From: Patescibacteria group bacterium
GTDB taxonomy: Bacteria; Patescibacteriota; Minisyncoccia; Minisyncoccales; CAZWNE01
DNA: 64,000 bases
Direction: 5' to 3'
Assembly: GCA_038078735.1 (NCBI GenBank)
Contig: JBBTTI010000001.1
Coordinates: forward strand, 20,830-84,829
A program made the translations under genes and the position numbers. Below are positions 9,513 to 17,303 of this stretch, in pieces. Each line of letters opens with the position of its first letter. Positions within the stretch are counted from its first letter, which is position 1. Below the pieces are notes generated by a model. It did not search any database, was not told the DNA's origin, and worked only from the letters and a program-made list of their open reading frames with translations.

Positions 9513-9557
9513 AAGGGTGAACACATCTGATCAAATGTGTTCACCCTTATTTTTTTG
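9513..9557 (+). terminator. Rho-independent terminator
   Basis: AAGGGTGAACACAT/ATGTGTTCACCCTT stem followed by a T-run. Confidence 0.8.
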
Positions 9558-9589
9558 GCTATTTTTGGTTTTTAAGATAAAATGGGAGC

Positions 9590-10786
9590 ATGGTGGGACT
9601 GATTAGAAAATTTATTCCGAAGTTTTTGATTAGCTGGTATCATTTTGGTTTGGCCTTTTTGGCCGCGATTTTGTACGGGTTTCCCAGTCGGAAATTAAAA
9701 ATTATTGGAGTAACCGGAACTAACGGGAAAACAACAGTGGTTGAATTAACCGCCAGAGTTTTAGAGGAAGCAGGCTTCAAAGTCGCTTTTTTGTCATCAA
9801 TCAGATTTAAAATCAACGAAAAAGAATGGCCCAATAAATTAAAAATGACAATGCCGGGCCGTTTTTTTATCCAAAAATTTTTAAAGCAGGCGTCAACAGC
9901 CGGTTGCCAATATTTTATTTTAGAGGTTACTTCCGAAGGAATTTTGCAGCATCGCCATAGGTTTATAAATTTTAACACAGCTGTTTTCACTAATTTATCG
10001 CCAGAGCATATTGAACGCCACGGCGGTTTTGAAAACTACAAAAAAGCCAAAGGAAAATTATTTCAGGCAGTCAAAAATATTCATATTATTAATCTTGACG
10101 ATAAAAACACAGATTATTTTTGGCAATTTCCCGCAAAGAAAAAAATAACATACCAAATGTCAGGAAATCTGATATCCATTAACGGATTTAATGGATATCC
10201 GATTTCCGCTAATCCGCAATTAAAATTATTAGGCGATTTTAATCTTTATAATGCGGCGGCGGCAATCTCCGTCGGCTTATCGCAAGGAATTAATTTAGAA
10301 ATTTGTAAAAAAGCCGTGGAAAGTTTTGAGGGGATTCCGGGTAGAATGGAATTGGTAATTTCTCAACCATTTAAGGTTTTTGTGGATTATGCTTTTACTC
10401 CCAATGCTTTGGAAAAAGTTTATCAAGCCGTGAAACCGAAAATTTGTGTTTTAGGCGCGGCTGGCGGAGGCAGGGATAAGTGGAAAAGAAAAGTGTTGGG
10501 CGAGATAGCCGGAAAATATTGTGGAGAAGTTATCATTACTAATGAAGATCCTTATGACGAAAATCCAATGGAAATAATTGAGCAAGTGGCAGAGGGCGCG
10601 GGCCCAAAAGCCAAAAAGATTTTAGATAGAAGAGAAGCAATAAGAGAAGCATTAAAACTGGCTAATCCTGGTGATACGGTGATTATTACCGGCAAGGGAT
10701 GCGAACCGTGGATATGCCTAGCTGGTGGCAAAAAAATCCCCTGGGACGACAGGCAGGTGGTAAAAGAAGAATTTGCAAAATTTTGA
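9590..10786 (+). CDS. murE: Mur ligase family protein (MurE-like UDP-MurNAc-tripeptide synthetase)
   Basis: P-loop GVTGTNGKTT, FTNLSPEHIERHGG, DYAFTP, ITNEDPY motifs. Confidence 0.75.
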   Translation: MVGLIRKFIPKFLISWYHFGLAFLAAILYGFPSRKLKIIGVTGTNGKTTVVELTARVLEEAGFKVAFLSSIRFKINEKEWPNKLKMTMPGRFFIQKFLKQASTAGCQYFILEVTSEGILQHRHRFINFNTAVFTNLSPEHIERHGGFENYKKAKGKLFQAVKNIHIINLDDKNTDYFWQFPAKKKITYQMSGNLISINGFNGYPISANPQLKLLGDFNLYNAAAAISVGLSQGINLEICKKAVESFEGIPGRMELVISQPFKVFVDYAFTPNALEKVYQAVKPKICVLGAAGGGRDKWKRKVLGEIAGKYCGEVIITNEDPYDENPMEIIEQVAEGAGPKAKKILDRREAIREALKLANPGDTVIITGKGCEPWICLAGGKKIPWDDRQVVKEEFAKF

Positions 10787-10810
10787 ATTTAAGTATAAGA
10801 TGCGCATACT

Positions 10811-10963
10811 ATGCAAAACAAAAAACTGCCGAATTCAATAAGGAAATTTATCCGCAAAGAAAAGACGAGGATTCGCCGGGAAATTTCAGATGCGAAAGAG
10901 CGGGAAAATTTTATCTCAGAATTGTATAAAAGATTTTCTCGTCCCCGTAGTTCAACTGGATAG
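10811..10963 (+). CDS. Possible small basic protein (50 aa)
   Basis: ATG ORF MQNKKLPNSIRKFIRKEKTRIRREISDAKERENFISELYKRF... No clear RBS. The 3' end runs into the tRNA-like fragment. Confidence 0.25.
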   Translation: MQNKKLPNSIRKFIRKEKTRIRREISDAKERENFISELYKRFSRPRSSTG

Positions 10964-10972
10964 AATGGAGGC
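10941..10972 (+). other. tRNA 5'-half-like fragment (acceptor strand, D-arm, 5' anticodon-stem strand)
   Basis: GTCCCCG-TA-GTTC-AACTGGATA-GAAT-G-GAGGC. Closely resembles the 5' half of tRNA-Arg at 11290. The acceptor strand is perfectly complementary to CGGGGAC at 11981-11987. Confidence 0.55.
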
Positions 10973-11046
10973 CTCCCTCTGGGCCGTAAGGCCCAAGCTC
11001 CGCTCCGTTGGAGCGTACGCTCCAGAGGACGGGCCTGAGGCCGAAG
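10973..11046 (+). repeat. GC-rich structured module, copy 1 (CTCCCTCTGGGCCGTAAGGCCCAA + 33-nt insert + CGGGCCTGAGGCCGAAG)
   Basis: Both halves are identical to the 41-nt copy at 11914-11954. Contains a TGGGCC-GTAA-GGCCCA hairpin. Confidence 0.8.
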
Positions 11047-11051
11047 CCAGT

Positions 11052-11381
11052 ATGTTTTATGTATATTTATTAAAAAGCATAAAAGACGAGAGTTTTTATA
11101 TAGGACAAACGGACGATATTAAGAAGAGACTTCAGAGACATAACAGCGGATTTGTCCAGACGACTAAAAATAGAGTGCCATGGATAGTGTTGGGGTATGA
11201 ACAATATGATACGCGGGAAAAAGCAAGATGGCGCGAATATGAGCTGAAACATAATTATTTAAAAAAGAAAAAATTTATCGAAAGATTTTGTCCCCATAGC
11301 TTAATGGATAAAGTAGCGGCCTCCGAAGCCGCGGATCGAGGTTCGACTCCCCGTGGGGGCATAATTATTATATGCAATTAA
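11052..11381 (+). CDS. GIY-YIG nuclease superfamily protein (COG2827/UPF0213-like)
   Basis: MFYVYLLKS...FYIGQTDDIKKRLQRHNSG...REYELK. The track ORF starts earlier (10890), but that part is the tRNA-like/GC-rich module. The frame has no stop until 11381, so it reads through tRNA-Arg. Confidence 0.75.
   Translation: MFYVYLLKSIKDESFYIGQTDDIKKRLQRHNSGFVQTTKNRVPWIVLGYEQYDTREKARWREYELKHNYLKKKKFIERFCPHSLMDKVAASEAADRGSTPRGGIIIICN
11290..11361 (+). tRNA. tRNA-Arg (anticodon CCG), 72 nt, CCA not encoded
   Basis: Manual cloverleaf: GTCCCCA/TGGGGGC acceptor (one G-U), D-arm GCTT-AATGGATA-AAGT, anticodon arm GCGGC-CTCCGAA-GCCGC, T-arm CGAGG-TTCGACT-CCCCG (one A-C mismatch). Confidence 0.8.
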
Positions 11382-11884
11382 TTTTACCGTCTCTAAAATA
11401 TAAAGCATCGTATATTGAAGCATTGGAAGAATCGAAAAACGAAACAGAAGAAACGCAATTGAATAAACCTGCAGAAAATCAATCATTCGAAGAATTTGTG
11501 CAACAGCTAAACGATAATGCGAAAGGTATAAATTTGCCGGAAGGATATGTGCCGGCGACAATGCTTTGGCTTATAGATAAAAATAAGGTGATTGGCCGGG
11601 TGCAAATACGCCACGAATTAAACGACTACTTAATGAAATACGGAGGACACATCGGTTATTATATCCGTCCGTCAAAAAGGATGATGGGGTATGGCACAAA
11701 AATACTTGAATTGGCGTTGGTATATGCGGAAAAGCTGGGTTTGTCGAAAGTCCTGATAACGTGCGACGACGACAATTTTGGTTCCCGACGTATCATTGAA
11801 GCAAATGGTGGTATACTAGAAAATATAATTACAGTCGAGAAAGGTAAGCCTAAAAGGCGACGGTATTGGATAACGATTCTATAA
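11372..11884 (+). CDS. GNAT-family N-acetyltransferase
   Basis: GHIGYYIRPSKRMMGYGTKILELAL...ITCDDDNFGSRRIIEANGG acetyl-CoA-binding core. Confidence 0.7.
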   Translation: MQLILPSLKYKASYIEALEESKNETEETQLNKPAENQSFEEFVQQLNDNAKGINLPEGYVPATMLWLIDKNKVIGRVQIRHELNDYLMKYGGHIGYYIRPSKRMMGYGTKILELALVYAEKLGLSKVLITCDDDNFGSRRIIEANGGILENIITVEKGKPKRRRYWITIL

Positions 11885-11908
11885 GTGGATAGAAAATATA
11901 TCCTAATG

Positions 11909-11988
11909 TCTCCCTCCCTCTGGGCCGTAAGGCCCAACGGGCCTGAGGCCGAAGGAGAAGATTGGCTGTTCAAATCAGCCCGGGGACA
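11909..11988 (+). other. tRNA 3'-portion-like fragment: anticodon-type stem TCTCC/GGAGA enclosing the 40-nt GC-rich module, 5-nt variable loop, T-arm, acceptor 3' strand
   Basis: GGCTG-TTCAAAT-CAGCC T-arm, then CGGGGAC-A. No matching 5' acceptor or D-arm is present locally. Confidence 0.55.
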
Positions 11989-12268
11989 CAGAATGGCGGG
12001 CTTGTTGACAAAGTATTTTGATTTAGTAAACTCAATAGCGAGGGGGTGCGGGTTTTTTACCTTAAGGACAAACGGTTTCTGATGGAGGAGGTTTAAATGC
12101 ATGCACTGGTTAAAGTCCAAACCAGATTTAAGTAAAAGAACCGATTTTATTAGGGCCGGTCTCCCTCACTAAAAAGCTGTTAAGCCTTACTTGACAGTTT
12201 TTTTGTTGGTGGAATTTATGGTATATTGATTTTAGAAAGGTCGTTTTCAAAATTAAACTAAAAATTTT

Positions 12269-12526
12269 ATGGCAAACGAAGAAGGAAAATTAATCGGCAA
12301 AATCTCCCATTATTTTTCTAATATTGAAGTGGCGGTTATTGATTTAAACGGCGCATTAAAAATAGGAGATAATATCAGAATCATCGGTGGCGAAGTTGAC
12401 TTTGACCAAGCGGTTGATTCAATGGAAATTGACCGGAAGAAAGTTGAAAAAGCGGGAAAGGGCGATTCGGTGGGAATGAAAGTTAGTCAGAAAGTAAGAG
12501 AAGATTATAAAGTATATAAATTGTAA
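12269..12526 (+). CDS. Small beta-barrel protein resembling translation-factor domain II
   Basis: GKISHYFSNIEVAVIDL...IGDNIRIIG...GDSVGMKV pattern; assignment by eye only. Confidence 0.4.
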   Translation: MANEEGKLIGKISHYFSNIEVAVIDLNGALKIGDNIRIIGGEVDFDQAVDSMEIDRKKVEKAGKGDSVGMKVSQKVREDYKVYKL

Positions 12527-12535
12527 TTTTTTTAT

Positions 12536-12928
12536 ATGGAGCTGGAGATTATTTTACAGCTAGTTTTAGCTACATTTTTAGGTGCCTTATTAGGTATAGA
12601 AAGGGAATATAAAAGAAAAGAAGCCGGACTTCAAACTTATAGTTTGGTAGCTTTGGGCACTTGTCTTTTCACCTTAGTCTCTTCTCGGTTTGTTGGTTTT
12701 AATCCAGCCTTATTAGCAGTGGGCATTGGTTTTGTCGGCGCAGGCGTGATTTTTCACCGCGAAAATTCAACTCAAGGATTAACTACAGCTGCCGGGCTTT
12801 GGACAACAGCGGCGATTGGTATAGCCGTAGGCGCCAAGTTTTATTTTTTGGCTATCTTTACTTCTTTCCTGGCAATTTTAATTCTTACCGGTTTCGGAAT
12901 TCTGGAAAGCAAAATTTTCAAAAAATGA
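12536..12928 (+). CDS. MgtC/SapB family membrane protein
   Basis: LGIEREYKRKEAGLQTYSLVALG and GLTTAAGLWTTAAIGIAVG motifs; 4 TM helices. Confidence 0.8.
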   Translation: MELEIILQLVLATFLGALLGIEREYKRKEAGLQTYSLVALGTCLFTLVSSRFVGFNPALLAVGIGFVGAGVIFHRENSTQGLTTAAGLWTTAAIGIAVGAKFYFLAIFTSFLAILILTGFGILESKIFKK

Positions 12929-14172
12929 TATTTATAGCCGATTTTCATATTCATAGCAGATATTCCCGGGCTACGAGCAAAGATATGGATTTAGAGGCCC
13001 TTGATAAATGGGCGAAAATCAAAGGAATTAAGGTTTTAGGCACGGGCGACTTTACTCATCCCGAATGGCTTAAAAATTTAAAAGCAAAACTAGAGCCAGC
13101 TGAAGCTGGTCTTTTTAAGTTGAAGACAGAAACAGACGGAGTTCGTTTTATTTTGACAAGCGAGATAAGTTGTATCTATAAAAAAGCAGATAAGGTTAGA
13201 AAAATTCATATTATTGTTTTTGCTCCTTCATTTGAAACAGTTGATAAAATTAATGCTTGTTTGAACAAAATCGGCAATTTAAAATCAGACGGCCGGCCGA
13301 TTCTGGGATTAGATGCCAAAGAATTAGCGAAAATTATTTTAGACGCTTCCAAGGATTGTTTAGTTATTCCTGCTCATGCCTGGACTCCTTGGTTTTCAAT
13401 TTTTGGATCAAAATCAGGGTTTAACTCAATTGAAGAATGTTTCGGAGAATATTCAAAATATATTTATGCGATAGAAACCGGACTAAGTTCGGATCCTTTG
13501 ATGAATTGGCAATTATCAATGCTTGATAAAGTTGCCTTAATCAGTAATTCAGACGCTCATTCTCCGCAGAAAATCGGCAGAGAGGCGAATGTTTTTAATG
13601 CGGAAATAAGTTATTCCGCGATTACCGACGCTATAAAATCAAAAGATCCTGAAAAATTTCTTTATACAATTGAATTTTTTCCCGAAGAGGGCAAGTATCA
13701 TTTTGACGGGCATAGAAATTGCGAAGTTTCTTTATCGCCGAAAGAATCAAAAAAATATAATAATCTTTGTCCTAATTGCGGTAAACCATTAACTATCGGC
13801 GTTTTAAACAGGGTGGCGGAGTTAGCTGACAAGCCGGAAGGATTCAAGCCGCCAAACGCCATTCCTTTCAAGAGTTTGGTACCTTTGGCGGAAATTATTG
13901 CCGAAACTTTAGGCCGCGGAGTAGCGACAAAAGAAGTTATTAAACATTATCAGAATCTAATCGGTAAACTTGGTCCGGAATTTAATATTTTATTAAACGC
14001 TTCAATAAAAGATTTAAAATCAGCCACTCTGCCTGAAATTGCCGAAGGAATTATTCGAGTGAGGGAAGGCAAGATTTCCGTGGAGCCGGGTTATGACGGC
14101 GTTTACGGCAAAGTTCATATTTTTTCTAAGGGCAAGCAAAGAAAACCGATAAAACAAGGGCTTTTGTTTTAA
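12925..14172 (+). CDS. PHP-domain endonuclease Q-like protein (TIGR00375 family)
   Basis: MIFIADFHIHSRYSRATS...GTGDFTHPEW...IPAHAWTPWFS...NSDAHSP plus a CPNCG zinc motif. The track start at 12799 overlaps mgtC; ATG 12925 is preferred. Confidence 0.75.
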   Translation: MIFIADFHIHSRYSRATSKDMDLEALDKWAKIKGIKVLGTGDFTHPEWLKNLKAKLEPAEAGLFKLKTETDGVRFILTSEISCIYKKADKVRKIHIIVFAPSFETVDKINACLNKIGNLKSDGRPILGLDAKELAKIILDASKDCLVIPAHAWTPWFSIFGSKSGFNSIEECFGEYSKYIYAIETGLSSDPLMNWQLSMLDKVALISNSDAHSPQKIGREANVFNAEISYSAITDAIKSKDPEKFLYTIEFFPEEGKYHFDGHRNCEVSLSPKESKKYNNLCPNCGKPLTIGVLNRVAELADKPEGFKPPNAIPFKSLVPLAEIIAETLGRGVATKEVIKHYQNLIGKLGPEFNILLNASIKDLKSATLPEIAEGIIRVREGKISVEPGYDGVYGKVHIFSKGKQRKPIKQGLLF

Positions 14173-14279
14173 CTCTTTACATATTAAATGATTCGTGTAT
14201 TATAAAAATATCCTTAAAGTAGCTGTTCTAGTTTAGGGTTAAAAGGTCGTTTTATTCGCACTAGTAGTTATATTTATTT

Positions 14280-14462
14280 ATGGCTTTCAAAGATTTTGGT
14301 CCCAAAAGGGACTTTCCTCCCAGAGAGATGATCAAGGGCAACTGGAAGTGTTCAGAATGCGGAGCGGAGATTACCGAGCTCCCATTCGAGCCAGCCGCCG
14401 ACAGACCTATCTACTGCAGAGAATGCTGGAGGAACAAGAGATCAGACAGATTTCAAAGATAA
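14280..14462 (+). CDS. Small CxxC...CxxC zinc-ribbon protein
   Basis: CSECGAEITELPFEPAADRPIYCRECW. Confidence 0.6.
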   Translation: MAFKDFGPKRDFPPREMIKGNWKCSECGAEITELPFEPAADRPIYCRECWRNKRSDRFQR

Positions 14463-15416
14463 TCCTCTGATTGTTAAAACCGTCCCGTTCGGGGCGGTTT
14501 TAATTTCGAATTTATTATCAATAAATTTTTCAATTATTCGCATATTGATTTGGCAGCGGTCGGTAACTTCCGAAACCGTAACTCGTGATTTGCCGCTGGC
14601 CATGGCTAAATAGGGTAAAATTTGATCAGCCATATATTTATCTAAACAGGCGTTTGATTTTTGTTCTTTTAACAATTCTAGGGCCGCTTCTTTACCAATG
14701 TCTTCAGCTTTTTTCCCTAATTTACCTAACCCGTCGGCGCCGATTATTGTGTTTTGAAATTCGGCAATTAAGCAAATTTGGCTGCCCGGGCATTGAGCAG
14801 GATAATATTCTATTTTTTCTTCCATCGGTAAATTTAATCCTCCCAAAATTTCTCTTGCTCCGGTGATCTGTTTTTCTGCCGTTTTTTTCTCTTCGTCGGA
14901 TTCTGAAGCCCCGGAAATTACCAAGACTTTTTTTAAATCCCCTCTCTCGGTAAGGTTCAAATTTTTAAGCTTTGAAGGAAAGATATTCACTTCTACTTTG
15001 GCTCCTCCTTCCGGATAATAGCCTCTTTTTAAAATATTAATTTCAATTTTAACTCCCATTTTTTCTAAAATCTTTAAAAAAACATAGCGAAAATAATCAA
15101 TGGTTGGCGAAAAAAATGTGTCAGTCGTCCCGCCTCCAAAAATAATTTTTATTGGTACAGGGGAGAACAGGGCGGGTAAAATCAGGGCCTGTAAAACCAA
15201 AACAATACTCTCGGCCGCCGGAATATTTACGGAGAACCGTTCTCCGTAAATATCTCCGGGATAAAAACAATTACCTTCTATCCGGCCATTGCAAAGCCGG
15301 GCTAATGTTTGAATATTTAAAAGGTCTTGGGGCAAGACATTAAAAATCCGGCAAGGTTTTTTAGTTACTGCCGATAAAGCGCAGACTAATCCTGCTGGGC
15401 CATCAATTTCAATCAT
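14442..15416 (-). CDS. RNA 3'-terminal phosphate cyclase-like protein (RtcA/Rcl1 fold)
   Basis: MIEIDG..., GYYPEGGAKVEV, YMADQILPYLAMASG. The N-terminal GEGGGQ-type motif and the expected His in the C-terminal motif are not obvious. Confidence 0.6.
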   Translation of the reverse strand: MIEIDGPAGLVCALSAVTKKPCRIFNVLPQDLLNIQTLARLCNGRIEGNCFYPGDIYGERFSVNIPAAESIVLVLQALILPALFSPVPIKIIFGGGTTDTFFSPTIDYFRYVFLKILEKMGVKIEINILKRGYYPEGGAKVEVNIFPSKLKNLNLTERGDLKKVLVISGASESDEEKKTAEKQITGAREILGGLNLPMEEKIEYYPAQCPGSQICLIAEFQNTIIGADGLGKLGKKAEDIGKEAALELLKEQKSNACLDKYMADQILPYLAMASGKSRVTVSEVTDRCQINMRIIEKFIDNKFEIKTAPNGTVLTIRGLSLKSV

Positions 15417-15454
15417 ATTTTTATTTTAGCACAACGTAATCTATAATTAGAGTA

Positions 15455-16441
15455 ATGAAGGACATTGATTTAATTTGTAAACTAAATAAAGATTGGCGGC
15501 CGGATAATATTAAAATCAAGAAAGCCGGCGGTCAGACAAATAGGAATTTTATTGTTCAACACAAAAATAAAAAGTTTTTTGTTCGGCTTCCCTGGGAAAC
15601 CAGCGTGATTGACAGAAACACCGAGGGAAAGAATATTTTAGCTTTAAGCCGCAATAAAAAATTGCGAGAAATTTTACCGAAATATTATATTTATATCTTA
15701 AGGGGTAAAAATATCTTATCTCCAAAGGGTGAAAAATTTAACCTGCCCGACGGCACGATGGTGGCAGAGTATATCCTGGGGAGGATATTTACGGCTTCTT
15801 TATTTAAAATAAAGAAATATCAGGAAAGATTGGCGCGCATGTTTTATGTTTTCCATACCAGTGGCGCGCGTTTTAATAATAAATATAATGTTTTTCGCGA
15901 TGAAATTGAAAAATACAGAGTGGCTGCCAAAAAATATCCCATTCAAAAAATTATTAGCCCAGAGATAATTGAAAATCTGAATAAAATCGAAAAAGAAGCT
16001 GCGCTGATGGTTCCTATCAAAAAAAGAGTTCCTGCGCATAATGATTTTATATTCCAAAATTTCTTAACAGGAAATAACGGGAAAATTTATCTTTTAGACT
16101 TTGAATACGCCGGAATGAGCGAGAAAGGAGGAGCTCTTTACGATTTCGCATTTTTATTCGCCGATAATCTTTTTCGCAAGCCGACGATAACTAAAGAATT
16201 GTTTGAAAAATTTTTAAGAGTGGCTGATAAAATATACAGGCAATCACTCGATCGAAATCAAATTTGGTGGTTAGTGGCAACGGTTGCTGTGATGCAAGTT
16301 TGGTGGGGACTGCTTCGTTATTTTGACGTTAAAACAAAAAAGGAAAAGAAATATTTCAAAGATTATGTTTTGAAAAGAGCAAAGGGAATTTTAGATTTAT
16401 ACAAAATTATAAGTAAAAAAAATGGGGCTAGTTCATGCTAG
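15455..16441 (+). CDS. Choline/ethanolamine-kinase or APH-family small-molecule kinase
   Basis: Brenner motif HNDFIFQN and LLDFEYAG. Confidence 0.7.
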   Translation: MKDIDLICKLNKDWRPDNIKIKKAGGQTNRNFIVQHKNKKFFVRLPWETSVIDRNTEGKNILALSRNKKLREILPKYYIYILRGKNILSPKGEKFNLPDGTMVAEYILGRIFTASLFKIKKYQERLARMFYVFHTSGARFNNKYNVFRDEIEKYRVAAKKYPIQKIISPEIIENLNKIEKEAALMVPIKKRVPAHNDFIFQNFLTGNNGKIYLLDFEYAGMSEKGGALYDFAFLFADNLFRKPTITKELFEKFLRVADKIYRQSLDRNQIWWLVATVAVMQVWWGLLRYFDVKTKKEKKYFKDYVLKRAKGILDLYKIISKKNGASSC

Positions 16442-17210
16442 CCCCAGTGAAACGGCGAATAATATTCGCTACCCCTTTAGCATAGGAGAATGGTGAAACA
16501 TATCCACCTTTGGAAACCACGATCTCTTTACACTCCCTTGAGGCATTTTGCGGACACCCAACGTATCTGACTAAATTTAGCATAGGACTGTCGCCATCGC
16601 TGTCTCCGATTCCAAGTGTTTGAGATATGGGAATACCCGTGACCTCTTCAACTTGAAGCACTCCAGTTCCTTTGTCTATGCCGCCAGGTGAGATGTCCAC
16701 GGTATCAGTAGAGTGGTGAACTACTACCCATTCTGCTTGGAGAGGGCCTTTCAATTTTTTCTGAACTTCTGTATAAAACTCCTCTATTGAGAAAGTCGCT
16801 TTGGCGGTCATTTCTAGCGCGATGTTGAGTTCGTTTCCTTTATAGAGTCTTATCGCTTCCTTGTATTTGGCGAGTATTTGCCGCACCACAACATCACGAA
16901 TTTGACCCTCGAAGTAACCCTTGACGTCGGATTTTAGGCGCGGGTTTGGCTTCCATATTTCATTCAGAATATGAAAAATTCCCAAACCATTTTCGCAAAT
17001 AGACCACCCATTGGGACTGCCGATCATATGGAGAATAGCCCTTACATAAGGCATCTCCCTTCCAGAGCAGGCTCCCATAAGGAACGGTGGTTTTTCGCTC
17101 CTGGTTAATTCCGCGAGGTGCGAAAGTTCGTATAGGCCCTCATAGAGTTCACGAGAAGGCGGTCCCATAACGCAGCCGTTTAGGTCAACTAAAATATTTC
17201 GTACTTCCAT
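16428..17210 (-). CDS. HAD-IIB-like hydrolase homologue with atypical motif I
   Basis: ILVDLNGCV (DxN in place of DxD), GIGDSDGDSPML motif IV. GC-richer than its neighbours. RBS AAGGAGAAG. Confidence 0.55.
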   Translation of the reverse strand: MEVRNILVDLNGCVMGPPSRELYEGLYELSHLAELTRSEKPPFLMGACSGREMPYVRAILHMIGSPNGWSICENGLGIFHILNEIWKPNPRLKSDVKGYFEGQIRDVVVRQILAKYKEAIRLYKGNELNIALEMTAKATFSIEEFYTEVQKKLKGPLQAEWVVVHHSTDTVDISPGGIDKGTGVLQVEEVTGIPISQTLGIGDSDGDSPMLNLVRYVGCPQNASRECKEIVVSKGGYVSPFSYAKGVANIIRRFTGASMN

Positions 17211-17303
17211 ACTTCTCCTTATCCAATATTTTTTGTTGCAATACTAAATTATGAATAACATAATCTTTTATAATCTGTCAAATTGTGTTATCGTATTCTT
17301 AAC

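Noticed and set aside
10890-11051. N-terminal extension of the GIY-YIG ORF (MRKSGKIL...SLWAVRPK...) and ORF 11885-12082 (..SLWAVRPNGPEAEG..)
   Set aside because: The shared peptide is just a translation of the repeated GC-rich RNA-like module and the tRNA fragments. The GIY-YIG domain starts at MFYVYLL (11052).
11985-12125. ACAGAATGGCGGGCTT and TTAAAGTCCAAAC, reminiscent of RNase P RNA CR-V and CR-I
   Set aside because: The order is wrong (the CR-V-like element precedes the CR-I-like one). There is too little room, about 160 nt, before the next CDS, and no other conserved RNase P elements are present.
12236-12247. AAAGGTCGTTTT shared upstream of the small ORFs at 12269 and 14280 (second copy 14242-14253)
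   Set aside because: A single 12-mer recurrence in 64 kb is expected by chance many times over (roughly N^2/2 x 4^-12, of order 100 pairs, and more in AT-rich DNA). It is not evidence for a regulatory motif on its own.
12799-12924. Upstream start of the endonuclease Q-like ORF
   Set aside because: This stretch overlaps the mgtC-family gene in another frame. The conserved PHP N-terminus MIFIADFHIHS begins at 12925.
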